Assembly (NCBI RefSeq): GCF_004010195.1
Contig: NC_057737.1
Coordinates: 24,403,707 to 24,461,994 of the forward strand
Direction of reading: 5' to 3'
From: Chiloscyllium plagiosum
Taxonomy: Eukaryota
Length of the DNA: 58,288 nt
The notes beneath the pieces were generated by a model that saw only the letters and a program-made list of their open reading frames with translations, was not told the origin of the DNA and searched no databases. Of this stretch, positions 48,801 to 58,288 are shown piece after piece. The position numbers and the translations under genes were made by a program. Position 1 is the first letter of the stretch. Every line of letters begins with the position of its first letter.

Positions 48801-51800
48801 AAATGCATTCAGTGCCTACACAGAAACTCGCAACCATGCGCAAGTTAAATACAGGAATGTATATTAATAAACTGAAAGTGATGTACAAGCTATTTTTACC
48901 CATTCCACAGAAGTGCCCTCAATCGTTTTTCTTCTTTTTCTCCATCCTACTACATGTGAGTGCGCTTCCTGGTTCCACAGCTGGGCTGAAGGGAGCCTTG
49001 CTGGGCTGTTGACCCCTTTGGCCTCTCAAGGTTTGGTGGGGTAACCCCATGTGCCTTTGTGTGTAGAAGGGTCAGGTATGCCAAGGGTCTGCCTATCACA
49101 GACAAATTAACCACTCTTGGTTTGAACTTCTCACACCACGGTGAGCTTCCTGGCCTTGTGTCCATACTAAACAGCAAGATAATAAATAGTACTGTAAGCC
49201 TGGTATCTCTGACTGAAAGGCAAGGTGTAATAAAGGCAAGGAAAAACAAGGTGCTGGAAGCATTCAGTTAGGCTCAGAGCAAATGTGCATTTATAAGAGC
49301 AAGTGAACAACCTGGTCCAGTCCATGAGCTGAGCAGGATGTCCCTCAGGGTACAGTATCTTTCCTGCAATATGACAGTGATAGATGCCATTGCGCACTAA
49401 GTGCAGAAGTTTGCTATCAGAGATGTGCCATGTTGGTTTTTAGACACTGACAATTATCAAGAATGCCAGTGTCTTGGAGTATATGTGGCCAGTGCCCATG
49501 GAGCATTCTGTGAGATGATGGTGCCTGGTACTTCATTTGGAAGTTCTTCAGCAGTGAGCTGAAGTTGCCAGGTACCCAATCTGATTTCCATATCAAGCTA
49601 TCTCAGCACCTAGTTTGCTTGTGGAGAGTATTAGGATAGGAAGCTGTATATTAATGAGATAAGATGTACAGCTAATAAGGTCATTTACAAGCTATAATGA
49701 GCAACTTGCTGCTGACTAGTATGAATCTCAACTCTTAGTTAAAAGAGGCAATAGATTGTTCCTAATTTTGAGTGGTCTTGCTTAAATTCCTTACACTTCT
49801 GCCATGTTTTTGCAATAGCCCATGTCCTTCAGGCCTCTTTCAGATTTTGCCCCATGTTTTTAGTTAACTAACAAATGATTTCTGACCTCTTTGAAAAATT
49901 GTTACTCTCACAGAACTGAAAACACACACATTCCCAAATAATAATATATTAAACATAATTTATCACACTAGCCTTTCATCATTAGCTTCTTGTTGATGTG
50001 TGCAAAGAATGAACATCACAATTTGAACTGGTTCAATACAGAGGTGATAGAAGTGAGCAGGCATCATAGAGTTAGCATGTCACCTGCATTGCAATCAATG
50101 GGAATAGGTTAATCGCATGACAGTCTCTACACAATTTCAGAGCTATCCAATCTTTCAGAACTCGGCAAAATAATATGTTTTGAGAATGACGATATATCAC
50201 ATCCTTTCATTTCCCTCTCACCCAACCCCCCCCACCCCAGCCAACAATGTAATGTTTAATATTCTCTCAAGGAGCTGAGGATATGAAGTAAAATCAGATT
50301 TGCCTAGGTACCATGTTTAAATCCAGAATAGAAAAATAACAATGTTATTAATTCTGGAATCATGCTTTAACAAACCATTAGGGTCATTAGTCATAACAAA
50401 GTTATTATAAAAACTGGTCCGTTGTGAATACCCTGTTTCCAGACCTAAATCGACATGTTTTAAATGGAATCAATTTAGCCAGGCTTCCTTGAGTTAACAC
50501 AGTGTGAATTTATTAATTAGCAAACATGAGAAGAATTAGTAACATAACATATATATTAAAAATAAGAAGTAAGAGGTTTTGAACCCAGATATTTGGATCA
50601 GCCTCTGAACTGTTCATTAAAATTGGAGTTGAAAGTTATGGCTGTTACACTGGAAATTATTGGCAATTTTGCCATGGGTTACTGAACACATGGTTTCACC
50701 ATCTTTAGTTTTGATGATTGGTTAAAATTCTATAGTCCTGATTCTTTTTGAATGTAATTGAATTCCAGTCTTCAGGGTGGGAAAGGGTCCCTTTGCAGAC
50801 TTTTTGACCTTGTTTCCTTTTGTCTGGTTTGCCTCACTCAGAGTGAGAGACATTTTCTTTACTTGCAACACAGGGGTGACTAAGAGAGAATATTTCAACC
50901 ATCCAACACTTGAACTCAAGCTGGCACACATGAGAATGTTTAGTCCCACTAGGACACTCCAGTAGAGTTTAAACTGGCTTTTAATCATATGTATTCTTAA
51001 AAAGGGTGACACAAAATGTTTCTTCAGTTTGGAACATAATGCACAGAGGGTGCCTTGCTATTAAGCAGTGGGTTGTCAGCCTCTCATTATTTTCATAATC
51101 ACAAGTGATTAAAATCCAATTTGTTTTGATTTGTCCTTTCCCCCTTTTGAAGGGCTGTTTTTTGAAGTTTCCTTGCACTTGTAGGTGTGCCACTCTATGG
51201 GTCTCCCTCTGTCTACAAATAGCCACTTAATTTATATCCACAACCATTTCAGACTCAACTTGGACATATAAGTTTTAAATGTTAACAGTACATAATCTGA
51301 CTTATGTTCGCGAGACATGTCATGAGCTGTTTTATGGAAATAACCGTGTGATGCCAGCACCATAACATTTATAAATATTGTACTCAACCATATCACAAAT
51401 GATTTAATTTTATAAATCACAAACACAATATGACATAAATACATACATATTCTGTATGTACTATTTGCTTATATGTAAAAAGTTTTAATTTGCTTGTTCC
51501 AGATGAGCTGTGGACATTCTAAAAATAAAGACCATTGATGCCATTTTTTTTCCACAGTATTTCAACTGCTTTTCTGCTGTTATGTGTTGGCCAAATGGGA
51601 GAATTGATGCCAACATTCATCCTTACTCCTTTACAATTTAATGAATGTGATCCCTGCACATTCTGTAATGTTTGTTGTATAATTTAACATTGGTTCCATT
51701 GTTTTGGCTCAATCTGCAGCTGGTTATGTTAATGCATGACCCTAATGCATCACAATTCTGGTGGTTGTTAGAGACCACTGATAAGATTGTAATCATGCAA

Positions 51801-54800
51801 GCTGTGGATCTATAACACAAAATATTTTTCTCAGGCTCAGGGCCAAGGCATATTACAGGCTGGGTAGAGAACAACTGGTTTTTCATTTGGTCAGTACCAT
51901 ATCTGGGAGTGCACTTTGCTAATATTTGATTAGATTAGATTCCCTACAGTGTGGAAACAGGCCCTTCGGCCTAACTATTCCACACCGACCCTCCAAAGAG
52001 TAACCCACCCAGACCCGTTTCCCTCTGACTAATGCACCTAACACTATGGGCAATTTAGAATAGCCAATTCACCTGACCTGCACATCTTTGGACTGTGGGA
52101 GGAAACCGGAGCAAACCCACACAGACACAGGAAGAATGTGCAAACTCCAAACAGACAATCACCCGAGGCTGGAATTGAACCTGGGACCCGGGTGCTGTGA
52201 GGCAATAGTGCTAACCACTGAGCCACCATGCTTCCCATTTGTATTTAGAAGAAGAAAATGCTCCCTTTCTGGATTGGCAAATTCCAAATTCTCACAGTGA
52301 CCTAGTGAATTTATTCAACCTTGACATCTAGTGAAGGTGCCCTTTGTGGATGCTAATAACCTCATGACTATAACATCTGGCAAAGCTAACACTAGAAACA
52401 TGCAATGCTGCTACGCAGGAAGGAAAATGGCTCTTGTAGTGTTGAAGAAACATCCAATGTTTTGAGCAGTAGACTGAAGAGAATTAATGGGAAATGTAAA
52501 CTGGCCTTTGACAGTTCGACTGGCAAGCAATACTGAGTAAAGAAATAGAGATATAAAGGCAGCATTAGTAAGTGAAATGGAGCCTATAAACTAACATTCC
52601 AGCTGCTCTCACTGTTGCAATGGGTGTAAAATATTTTGAAACCTCTTGATGTTGTGAAATTTGGTATATAAATGAAATAAGTTTTTCACAGGATTGACAG
52701 TAGTTTAATTTCAGGCAGAGAGTCTTGTGGAATACTGGTAATGTTCATACCTTTGAGCCAAGAGGTCTGGGTTAAACTCCTCTGCTAGACTTCTCAGCCT
52801 CTGAAGGTGTACTTAGGGCATGATTTTTTTTGTACTGTTAATCATTCCAGAAAACTTTACATCACTACTCCCCACAGAAAAGAAAATGTCTGTGTGGAGA
52901 TATGCTTTTTACAAAAAATTAGGATGTCACCACCATCCAACTTGGCATTGCTCTGGCCTTTTAGGATGGATTTAACGAGGAATGCTGATGGCTGTCTTAT
53001 GCAAAGAAGGCCTAAATATTTTGAAATCAGGCATACAATTGTAACTATTTCCTGAGCAATTTAAGATTCCTAACAAGTCTGTTGACACAAGACTAATCCT
53101 AAAGTGTATGCATAAAGAAATGAGTGAGGAAATTGCTCCTACCATGTAGTACAAAAACATCATGATCCCCACTACTGGACAAGTCGGATCTCATAATGAA
53201 ACCTGGCTTTATAGACTGCATGTTTATTTTTGCTTTGTTTCATCAACATTGTGGTTAGTCATTGAAATATATTCATATGAGGCTGAAGGTGTTCTTCAAC
53301 AACAGTGTTTCAATTTATTACACACAAGAAATAAAACAAATAAATCATGCTATTAGGACAGTTGGTAAGGTCTTTAAGCAGTATTGTTTTCCAATACTAT
53401 CCTTTAGAGAGAATCAAGTCCGGAGACATTATTCTCCTATCTCAACCCTGTAAATGTTTATTTCCCTAACTCCTTCCAGTTGTTTTTACTTGAACTGACA
53501 ATTTTACAATTCCTCTAAGTCCAGTGGTTTGACCATTCCATAATTCTAATGGCCTTTTTTTTCAATGTTAACAACTTAATGATTCTTATTCCAAACTCTC
53601 CTAGTTTGTAAGCTTCACAACCTACAGTTCAGTTTTCTCAGAACTGAACTGAACTAAACTTAACTAAAATCTGCTAGAAGAGAAACTTGATTCTGAACTC
53701 AACTCTTAATTCGTCTCAATTAAAAGGCCAGTGTTTTCTGAACTGAGTTAAAAACAAAACTAATGGCTGAATGTGCGAACAAACCAAAAAGTACAAAATC
53801 TTATTCAGTTAATGCTGCAGGAGTTTTCCCAAGCCCTTGTTTTCAGTCATACATCTTCTTGGAACTAGTGCTTTGAGGTCACTGCTCCTGAATAACTTTC
53901 TGACCTCTTTTTCTTCATAAAAAAACTTTGCAGCCAAACTCACATTTGTGTGTTTTTCCTCTTAAAAAATAATCCAAATTCCAAAAATAATATATTTTAA
54001 ATGCCTTTCAACACAATTATTCTATTACCACAATTATTGTAATTTTAGTTTTATCTTCACAATGTAAACTTGTGACATGGCCATATACTGGTTAGCCTTC
54101 ATTAAAATATAATCCATCCATTTTGCTTCACTTCCTCTTAGTGTCCTCTTAACATCTGGCTAGGATGGGGGCAAGTATTTGCATGAGCTCAGAGCTGATC
54201 GTATTAGTTTTATCATCACACATTGTCTGATTCGCGTCCACAGGAACATTCATTCAGCTAACTTATTGTAGCTCTTTAGAGTCATAGAGGCCTACAACAT
54301 AGAGTCAGGCCCTTTGGCCCAAACTGGCCCATGCCAAGCAAAATGTCCATCCACGCTAACCCCATTTCCCTACACTTGGCTCATATCATTCTAATCCTTT
54401 CCTATTCATGTATTTGTCTAATTGCCTTTTAAATGGTATTAATGTACTCGCCTCAACCACTAACATCGGCAGCTCATTGCATATGCGTACCACTCTCTGT
54501 GTAAAAGGTTCCCTTTTATTCTTTCCCCGCTAACCTTAAGATGATGGCCTCTAGTCCTCAAATCACCAACTCTGGGGGAAAAAGACCTGACTATGTTCAC
54601 CTTATCCATGCCTTTCATGATCTTATGCACCTTTATAAGGCCCCACCTTAGTCTCCTACACTCTTTTTTTAAAAAAAAAAAGTCTGGGCTTGCCCAACCT
54701 CTCCCTCTAACTCAGACTATTAAGTCCAGGCAACATCCTTGTAAATTTCTTCTGCACTCTTTCCAGTTTAATAACATCCTTCCTATAACGAGGTGACCAA

Positions 54801-55082
54801 AACTGAACACAATACTCCAAGTGTGGCCTCACTAATGTCCTGTACAACTGCAATGTAATTTCTCAACTCTTAAACTCAATGCCCTGACTGATGAAGGCCA
54901 GTGTGCCAAAAACCTTCTTCATTGCCCTTTCTTTCTTTCCCTGCAGAAAAGTATCATGATTATATTTGCTAACCAGATTATTGTATTTCTTTTAGACTTT
55001 AGACATCAACATTGAACATATCTTGTTACGGAAGCCAGAGTTCTACTCAACGAACGGCATTGAAGTGTTGATCAACAAGGAG
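15844..55082 (+). CDS. AIFM3: AIFM3-like Rieske-domain flavoprotein oxidoreductase (apoptosis-inducing factor 3-like), spliced CDS span, exons 1-8, 3'-incomplete in window
   Basis: Joined exons translate without stops: [239 protein letters not shown]. It has Rieske boxes CTHYG and CPRHG, a Rossmann motif LIGGGPAS, and the AIFM3-family motifs CAETLRQEG and PYDRPKLSK. It may be a non-mammalian paralogue (aifm4/aifm5 type) rather than the 1:1 AIFM3 orthologue. Confidence 0.9.
17710..18310 (-). mobile_element. Older CR1 LINE 3' fragment
   Basis: agaacataagaaatagaagg tail; minus ORF 17964-18167 ([12 protein letters not shown]…); atactccaagtgtggtccaacc (HLEY motif on the minus strand). Confidence 0.8.
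18668..18812 (+). CDS. AIFM3: AIFM3-like coding exon 2 (DLPTF...[12 protein letters not shown])
   Basis: Acceptor ttttttcctatgcag|, donor GA|gtaagt. Ends in the start of the Rieske fold ([11 protein letters not shown]), phase 2 into exon 3. Confidence 0.88.
19309..19575 (-). mobile_element. CR1 LINE 3' end
   Basis: (TAAGACCA)n tail followed by cataggagtggaagtaagg…ctctggctgaagaaatg. Confidence 0.8.
20091..22450 (-). mobile_element. Rearranged CR1 LINE: ORF2 3' part (20091-21240), inverted ORF1 esterase segment (+, 21249-21545), ORF1 5' part (21558-22450)
   Basis: Minus ORFs: [20 protein letters not shown]…KFANDIK (RT) and CPSCRMWE…CGKCTQL (ORF1 zinc finger/coil). The + segment encodes IGTNNIG…DGLHLNQRG (SGNH esterase). 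Confidence 0.88.
23283..23392 (+). CDS. AIFM3: AIFM3-like coding exon 3, Rieske box 1 (MREIEIN...[13 protein letters not shown])
   Basis: Acceptor tttttctgttccacacag|, donor G|gtaaaa, 110 nt, CxH Fe-S ligand motif. Confidence 0.93.
23525..25590 (+). mobile_element. CR1/HER1 LINE ORF2 fragment with 3' end
   Basis: ORFs 24253 ([12 protein letters not shown]), 24591 ([20 protein letters not shown]), 25021 ([10 protein letters not shown]); tail gactctgactct. Confidence 0.93.
23943..24036 (+). mobile_element. 94-bp Penelope-type terminal fragment with hammerhead motif, inserted into CR1 with a 10-bp target-site duplication
   Basis: TATATCACAG at 23933-23942 and 24037-24046 flanks cttcacagctacCTGATGAaggagcagccttccaaaagcta…ggtgttgtgtgatttttaag. 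Confidence 0.75.
25600..25835 (-). mobile_element. Ancient Deu-domain-type SINE relic (SacSINE1/AmnSINE-like)
   Basis: aaatattggcca…catctgagagacttcacacctgaaaacagcacactc…tatgctcaa…gacccaga…taccaattgag resembles the reverse complement of shark DeuSINEs. A similar relic lies at about 56650-56870. Confidence 0.45.
25917..26026 (+). CDS. AIFM3: AIFM3-like coding exon 4, Rieske box 2 ([37 protein letters not shown])
   Basis: Acceptor cttcttgcatctttag|, donor AAG|gtacaa, 110 nt, CxxH motif plus GACFNxxTGDIE. Not in the ORF track. Confidence 0.93.
26297..27990 (-). mobile_element. Older CR1 with a nested younger HER1 copy (about 26473-27152)
   Basis: Two tails (agaacataagatc at 26297; catagactcataaagatgtacagc at 26473). 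Minus ORFs 27235 and 27589 ([11 protein letters not shown]). Confidence 0.85.
28473..29046 (-). mobile_element. CR1/HER1 LINE 3' fragment
   Basis: Minus ORF 28393-29070: [19 protein letters not shown]…RRLRGDF. Confidence 0.93.
29470..30536 (+). mobile_element. Non-coding retroelement with Rex1/L2-type 3' tail, interrupted by an HE1 SINE
   Basis: Ends aacacttttcactgtattttgtaacaaaatatgtgtgacgataaataaatcaaataaatc, which matches the 3' tail of the Rex1 copy (reverse complement of 46755-46800). Confidence 0.5.
29920..30227 (+). mobile_element. HE1-type V-SINE
   Basis: tRNA-like head ggtggctcagtggttagcactgctgcctcacagc…ggttcaattcc, V-domain tgcacattctccccgtg…ggtttcctcccac, HER1-like tail (AATCT)n. 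Confidence 0.92.
30540..33560 (+). mobile_element. Degenerate PIF/Harbinger-type transposon with spliced Myb/SANT-like gene relic
   Basis: 30614-30843 (frameshifted): [15 protein letters not shown]…[14 protein letters not shown]…LEVA…[18 protein letters not shown]|gtaagt; second exon at 31104 cag|[12 protein letters not shown]. Right end shared with 10300-10900 and 49300-49852. Confidence 0.62.
32423..32693 (+). repeat. Tandem duplication, unit about 130 bp (2 copies; the second has a 9-bp insertion)
   Basis: ttgcctgacttggacagagagccctg…ggggggtatagaccc repeated with period 130 and few substitutions. Confidence 0.95.
34471..34515 (+). CDS. AIFM3: AIFM3-like coding exon 5 ([15 protein letters not shown])
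   Basis: Acceptor tttcgatttctacag|, donor TCA|gtaagt, 45 nt, phase 0/0; last strands of the Rieske domain. Confidence 0.88.
34627..34708 (+). CDS. AIFM3: AIFM3-like coding exon 6 ([11 protein letters not shown]...LILLIGG)
   Basis: Acceptor tgtgttttaaatag|, donor GAG|gtaggt; follows a 111-nt intron; start of the FAD-binding Rossmann motif. Confidence 0.9.
34828..35725. mobile_element. Penelope-like element, GIY-YIG 3' part (+, 35137-35725) with inverted 3' copy (-, 34828-35136)
   Basis: ORFs 35148/35171: FREHLWDT…[28 protein letters not shown]. Inverted arms of about 300 bp; hammerhead motifs at both ends. Confidence 0.9.
36375..37290 (-). mobile_element. Degenerate L2/CR1-superfamily LINE 3' part
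   Basis: Same family as 20-1350 (ttcattcac…gaagcactgcagtcc…ttccaggattttgaccca); minus ORFs 36379/36618 (GSKSWN). Confidence 0.65.
38246..38358 (+). CDS. AIFM3: AIFM3-like coding exon 7 ([21 protein letters not shown]...PYDRPKLSK)
   Basis: Acceptor tttttgtttctgccgtaag|, donor AAG|gttagt; contains the ferredoxin-reductase/AIF motif PYxRPxLSK. Confidence 0.94.
38486..38818 (+). mobile_element. HE1-type V-SINE
   Basis: Complete tRNA head, V-domain and (TAATC)n tail. Confidence 0.93.
39075..40512 (-). mobile_element. Penelope-like element RT region (-) with inverted pLTR (+, 40383-40512)
   Basis: Minus ORFs: [14 protein letters not shown]…LRYIDD (RT), [23 protein letters not shown]. Frameshifted. 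Confidence 0.93.
40817..41290 (-). mobile_element. Penelope-like element 3' end (GIY-YIG C-terminus, UTR, pLTR)
   Basis: Reverse complement gives [24 protein letters not shown], then the pLTR. Confidence 0.88.
40912..40947 (-). ncRNA. Minimal type I hammerhead ribozyme motif (best-preserved copy)
   Basis: Reverse complement ATTC-CTGATGA-AGGGC TTTT GCCC-GAAA-CGTC-GATT: conserved core, stem II, palindromic ACGT stem III, GUC cleavage triplet. Stem I is imperfect. Confidence 0.65.
42935..43144. mobile_element. Palindromic Penelope pLTR derivative
   Basis: Inverted arms 42968-43144 (agagtcgagagtgtggtgctgg…ccagcaccacacactcgactct) around a CTGATGA core at about 43052. Confidence 0.82.
43987..44258 (+). 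repeat. Left arm of 272-bp inverted duplication
   Basis: Reverse complement of 45387-45658, with 3 mismatches counted by eye. Confidence 0.95.
44641..44910 (+). mobile_element. HE1-type V-SINE (older, 5'-clipped)
   Basis: tcagtggattgcactgctgcctcacag…ggttcgattc, V-domain, ggcctgcttccacactgta tail. Confidence 0.85.
45310..45386 (-). mobile_element. 5'-truncated HE1/HER1 3' tail
   Basis: Reverse complement cgcttcagtgtgtcggtgtggacttgttgggccgaagggcctgtttccacaatgtaatctaatata…, matching the end of the SINE at 38740-38818. Confidence 0.88.
45387..45658 (-). repeat. Right arm of 272-bp inverted duplication
   Basis: Reverse complement of 43987-44258; abuts a SINE/LINE tail at 45310-45386. Confidence 0.95.
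46752..48840 (-). mobile_element. Rex1/Babar-type LINE fragment
   Basis: Minus ORFs: [14 protein letters not shown]…DPSHL…LPSDRRY…RFKNRFFP; [10 protein letters not shown]; KELVIDFRK…VERVKFL. Confidence 0.88.
48138..48356. mobile_element. Tc1/mariner(pogo)-type MITE nested in Rex1
   Basis: TA|CAGTCGGTTCTGATATAAC … GCTACAGCAGACCAACTG|TA: imperfect TIRs and a TA duplication; the Rex1 sequence rejoins across it. Confidence 0.75.
49300..49852 (+). mobile_element. Right end of the Harbinger-type family seen at 10300-10900 and 32950-33560
   Basis: Shared blocks ccatgagctg…ttcctgca…tcagagatgtgccatg…gcccatggagcat; ends agattttgccc. Confidence 0.5.
50343..51367. mobile_element. Possible solo LTR
   Basis: TGTTAT…ATAACA inverted termini around about 1 kb of non-coding sequence; no target-site duplication seen. 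Confidence 0.3.
51928..52236 (-). mobile_element. HE1-type V-SINE
   Basis: (GATTA)n tail on the left, reverse-complemented V-domain and tRNA head. Confidence 0.93.
54277..54928 (-). mobile_element. CR1/HER1 LINE 3' fragment
   Basis: tagagtcatagag tail; actgaacacaatactccaagtgtggcctcac ([10 protein letters not shown] on the minus strand). Confidence 0.9.
54996..55082 (+). CDS. AIFM3: AIFM3-like coding exon 8 ([29 protein letters not shown])
   Basis: Branch-like gctaac at about 54968, acceptor ttgtatttcttttag|, donor GAG|gtgaga. The LRxxEFYxxxGIEV pattern is expected after LSK. Confidence 0.9.
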
Positions 55083-55841
55083 GTGAGACATGACTTCGCT
55101 CTTTGTAACAGCATTGTATGACTATTCTTTGCTAAACTAATGAGTTTTTCTTTTTTAAAAAAAACCAAGTGTCACAAGTGAAAAGAGGCCTATGCCTTTA
55201 AAATTTCATCAGTGCTTTCCAGTTCAGGAGAAGAACCTTCACGATCAACTTTAATTCAATTTTGAACAAAAAGAAATGTGATCCAAATTTACTAAAACTC
55301 AAATGATTAATTTCCCAATGTATTTTTGTTTTTTCCCCATTCTCAATAATTGCAGGCTTTTCAAGAAGGTGCAGGGGGAATTCCTAATATAAATAAATAT
55401 AACTATGAAGAGAGGGAAAATAATTCTGTTAACACTATTTACTCCTGATGTTATAGTCAGTGTTAACAGATTTTGTCTGGTTGATATTTCTGAGAATTTG
55501 TACATCTTGAACACATTTCAAGAAATACTCATCAGAGAAAATGTTACTGCATTTGTAAATACTGTTGCTGCACAAAGTGATGGAAGGAAATCACAAGAGT
55601 GTCACTGCCATTAGAGAGGAGAAAAGATACCTTTAATATTTCACATTTATCACAACTCTTCGCTTGAACAATTAATCACCATTTAATCCTCCTCCAAGCA
55701 CTTTTGCACCTTTTAGCCTAAATTCTCAAAGTAGGTGCTGACTGCAAAGTGGTTTATCCAGTACAACTGTCTATCAGAAGATCACAGATGGTGCTCTGTG
55801 ATTTCCCATTATGCGCTGAGAGATGGTAAACTTCCCCTCTT

Positions 55842-56412
55842 AACATGGAACATAGAACAGAAAAGGCCCTTTGACCCGTGTTGTTGTGTCGACCTTTTAT
55901 CCTACTCTAAGATCAAACTAACCTACATACCCTTTTCATTGTACTATCACCCACGGGCCCAAGAGTCACTTACATTTCTCTGCCACTACTGGCAATGAAC
56001 TTCATGCATCCACCAATCTCTGTGTAAAGAACCTACCTCTGACATGTCCCCTAAACCTTCCTCCAATCACTTTAAAATTATGCCCCCTCCTGATAGCCAT
56101 TTCATCCTGGGGAAAGGTCTCTGGCTAGCCACTCTATCTCTGCCTGTCATCATCTTGGCTAACTTTACCAAGTTCCCTCTCATCCTTCTTCACTCCAATG
56201 AGAAGCCCTAGCTCCCTCAACCTTTCTTCATAAGACATGCCCTCCAGTCCAGACAGCATCCTGGTAAATCTCCTCTGTATCCTCTCTGAAGCTTCCACGC
56301 CCTTCCTATCATGAGGGGACCAGAACTGAACACAATATTCCAAGTGTGGTCCAACCAAGACTTTAATGAACTGCAGCATAACCTCACTGCTCTTAAACTC
56401 AATCCCCCTCAA
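55842..56412 (-). mobile_element. CR1 LINE 3' fragment
   Basis: Minus ORF 56134-56412: [13 protein letters not shown]…RRFTRML…YEERL. Confidence 0.9.
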
Positions 56413-57326
56413 TCAACTGACATGTATTCAAAAATGTAGCCCCCCACTGTGTCCTACTGCACGGAAAGAAAGCAAAGATGGAATTTTGAAACAATTTAAA
56501 GTATATAATTTATGAATTATTTTGAAATGTATTGACTATTTTGACATAGGCAAGCACAAGAGCCATTTTAGTCCCAGTAACAACACATGAAGGAAGGACA
56601 GACAGAGTTTGTACAATTGTCTTTTTAAAAAAGTTCCTTGAAAGAGGAATGATGGTGAGCACACCAAGACAGCTGCTCAGTATCTGGGATTTTTAATGGT
56701 CATCTGAACCACTGGAAACCAATAAATTCATGTTTCATCTCAAGGAATCCCTCTAACAATTCAAGACTTCCTGCAATACTGCAGTGGATTTTCAGCTTGA
56801 ACAATGAATATCTACTTTGGAGACATTAGGATTCACATCCATACCACAATAACACTCGATGAGGGTCGATTTTTTTTTTCAGGAGCTACTTTTGATCTTC
56901 AGGAACCATGTTCTGGTTTTCAGGAGCTCCTTCCCCATTCTCACCAATTCATTTATTAGGTGATGCAGTCACATTGTAACAATACCATCTGTAATTATGC
57001 TGACACATGTGATATCTGAAGTCGCACACAAGCAACTATTTAGGATCTCACAGAATTATGGCTTGCGATTTGTAAGAGTAATGATGATGAAACTCCCCTG
57101 AAACTGAATAAAATTCCGGAGTCCACACATTCTCAATTACATGTGAAATTCAGAAGATGCTGTTTGTGACTCTATGCTTCCTGGCAGGGTGTGCTTCAAT
57201 TTGATGGCAATCAATTAGGAAGCATTGAACTGATGAAAATAGGCCCTTATGTGCCAGTAGTTTCACTGTAGAAAGCTTTGGAAAAAGGCTGAAAGAATTA
57301 TATCTGGATTATGTTCTACATTTACT

Positions 57327-58160
57327 GGGCTGAATTTTACCAAAAATCATCTGCCAAATTTGGGGATCTTCATAGAACATTCCCTGACATGAGAAATTGT
57401 AATTTTCCTCAGGCAATGCTTGCTTCATGATTTATGTATCATGCATCTATGACATCGAGGATTTAACCAGCAGCAGGAGCACTCGGTGCGCAGAAACTGA
57501 CAGAATTTCCAGCACCCGCACCATATTTGTGTTCAGTGTCAAGCATCACATAGAGGAATGCATTAAAAGGCAAGGCAAGACAGAAGTACAGTGAGCCTTT
57601 GAGTTCTGAATGAGGTGTCAAAATTCAAAAAGGCAAGGCAGTGCAAGATCGATATGCTGCGAGCATCCAAATAAGCACAAAGTGAGTGAGGGCTAAGAGA
57701 CCAAACAAAGATTCCTGAAGTACAGCCTGCTCCAGTGCATGATTCAGGTGCCTTCTTCTGTGTGCAAACTGTCCTGGCACTAACCTTACAATGCAAAGTG
57801 TGGGTGAACTCCAAAGTACAACAATGAAAGAGAAATGTGTATTCTGAGTGGGTAAGGGATGTGCCATGATAACATGGTGAGGCTAGTGTGTGTCTAATAT
57901 CAACCCCCATGCACCAGGTTTGCAGATGGTCACTACCGTATAATGTGTCCACTGAGTCAGCTGGCCAAGATGGACGCCCGGGAGCCAAAACAGTGAGCTT
58001 GAGCCACCAAGTATCTCTGTGCCTTTCATGTCAGTAATTGTCACTGGTTTCTCTGTAGTAATGGGAGAACAGGAATCTGCATATAAATGAGGCAAGATTA
58101 GGCACTAAGATGGTGTAAATGCATGTAAATGGACATCTTGTCTTTCACTAGCAAGATTCT
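57327..58160. mobile_element. Probable non-autonomous Harbinger-type element
   Basis: Starts GGGCTGAATTTTACC, complementary in style to the right ends of the other copies. Its right end is interrupted by CR1 at 58162. Confidence 0.4.
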
Positions 58161-58161
58161 C

Positions 58162-58288
58162 ATAGAGTCATAGAGATGTACAGCATGGAAACAGACCCTT
58201 CGGTCCAACCCGTCCATGCCGACCAGGTATCCCAATCCAAACTAGTCCCACCTGCCAGCACCCGGCCCATATCCCTCCAAACCCTTCC
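58162..58288 (-). mobile_element. Young CR1/HER1 3' end (runs off window)
   Basis: catagagtcatagagatgtacagcatggaaacagacccttcggtccaac, with CpGs retained. Confidence 0.92.

Noticed and set aside
53348-54077. Solo LTR (also 4400-5765)
   Set aside because: LTR-like composition and TG…CA ends, but no TSD, partner LTR or internal ORF, so not supportable.

Overview
Eukaryotic, AT-rich, repeat-dense genomic DNA. The repeat set (HE1-type V-SINEs, HER1/CR1 LINEs, Penelope-like elements, Rex1/Babar, Harbinger relics) points to a cartilaginous fish (shark); this is an inference. One protein-coding gene can be supported: the 5' part of a + strand AIFM3-like Rieske [2Fe-2S]/FAD-NAD(P)H oxidoreductase. 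I assembled 8 coding exons by hand (15844-15868, 18668-18812, 23283-23392, 25917-26026, 34471-34515, 34627-34708, 38246-38358, 54996-55082; 717 nt, 239 aa). All have GT-AG boundaries and compatible phases, and the gene continues past the window end. The protein starts with an N-myristoylation consensus (MGASRSK). Its CpG-rich promoter carries a CRE-like palindrome, a GC box and an RFX X-box-like motif, and the leader holds two uORFs. Almost all other ORFs in the track are transposon debris or chance ORFs. Most notable observations: (1) a 272-bp, about 99% identical inverted duplication in intron 7, fused to a SINE 3' tail, which suggests retrotranspositional template switching onto local or host pre-mRNA sequence; (2) a family of minimal hammerhead-ribozyme motifs in Penelope termini with compensatory stem II changes, several in sense within introns; (3) CPRH in place of the usual CPWH in the second Rieske box; (4) an internally inverted and deleted CR1. 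I found no clearly new multi-gene system. Repeat family names come from recalled motifs, not database searches, and repeat boundaries are approximate.
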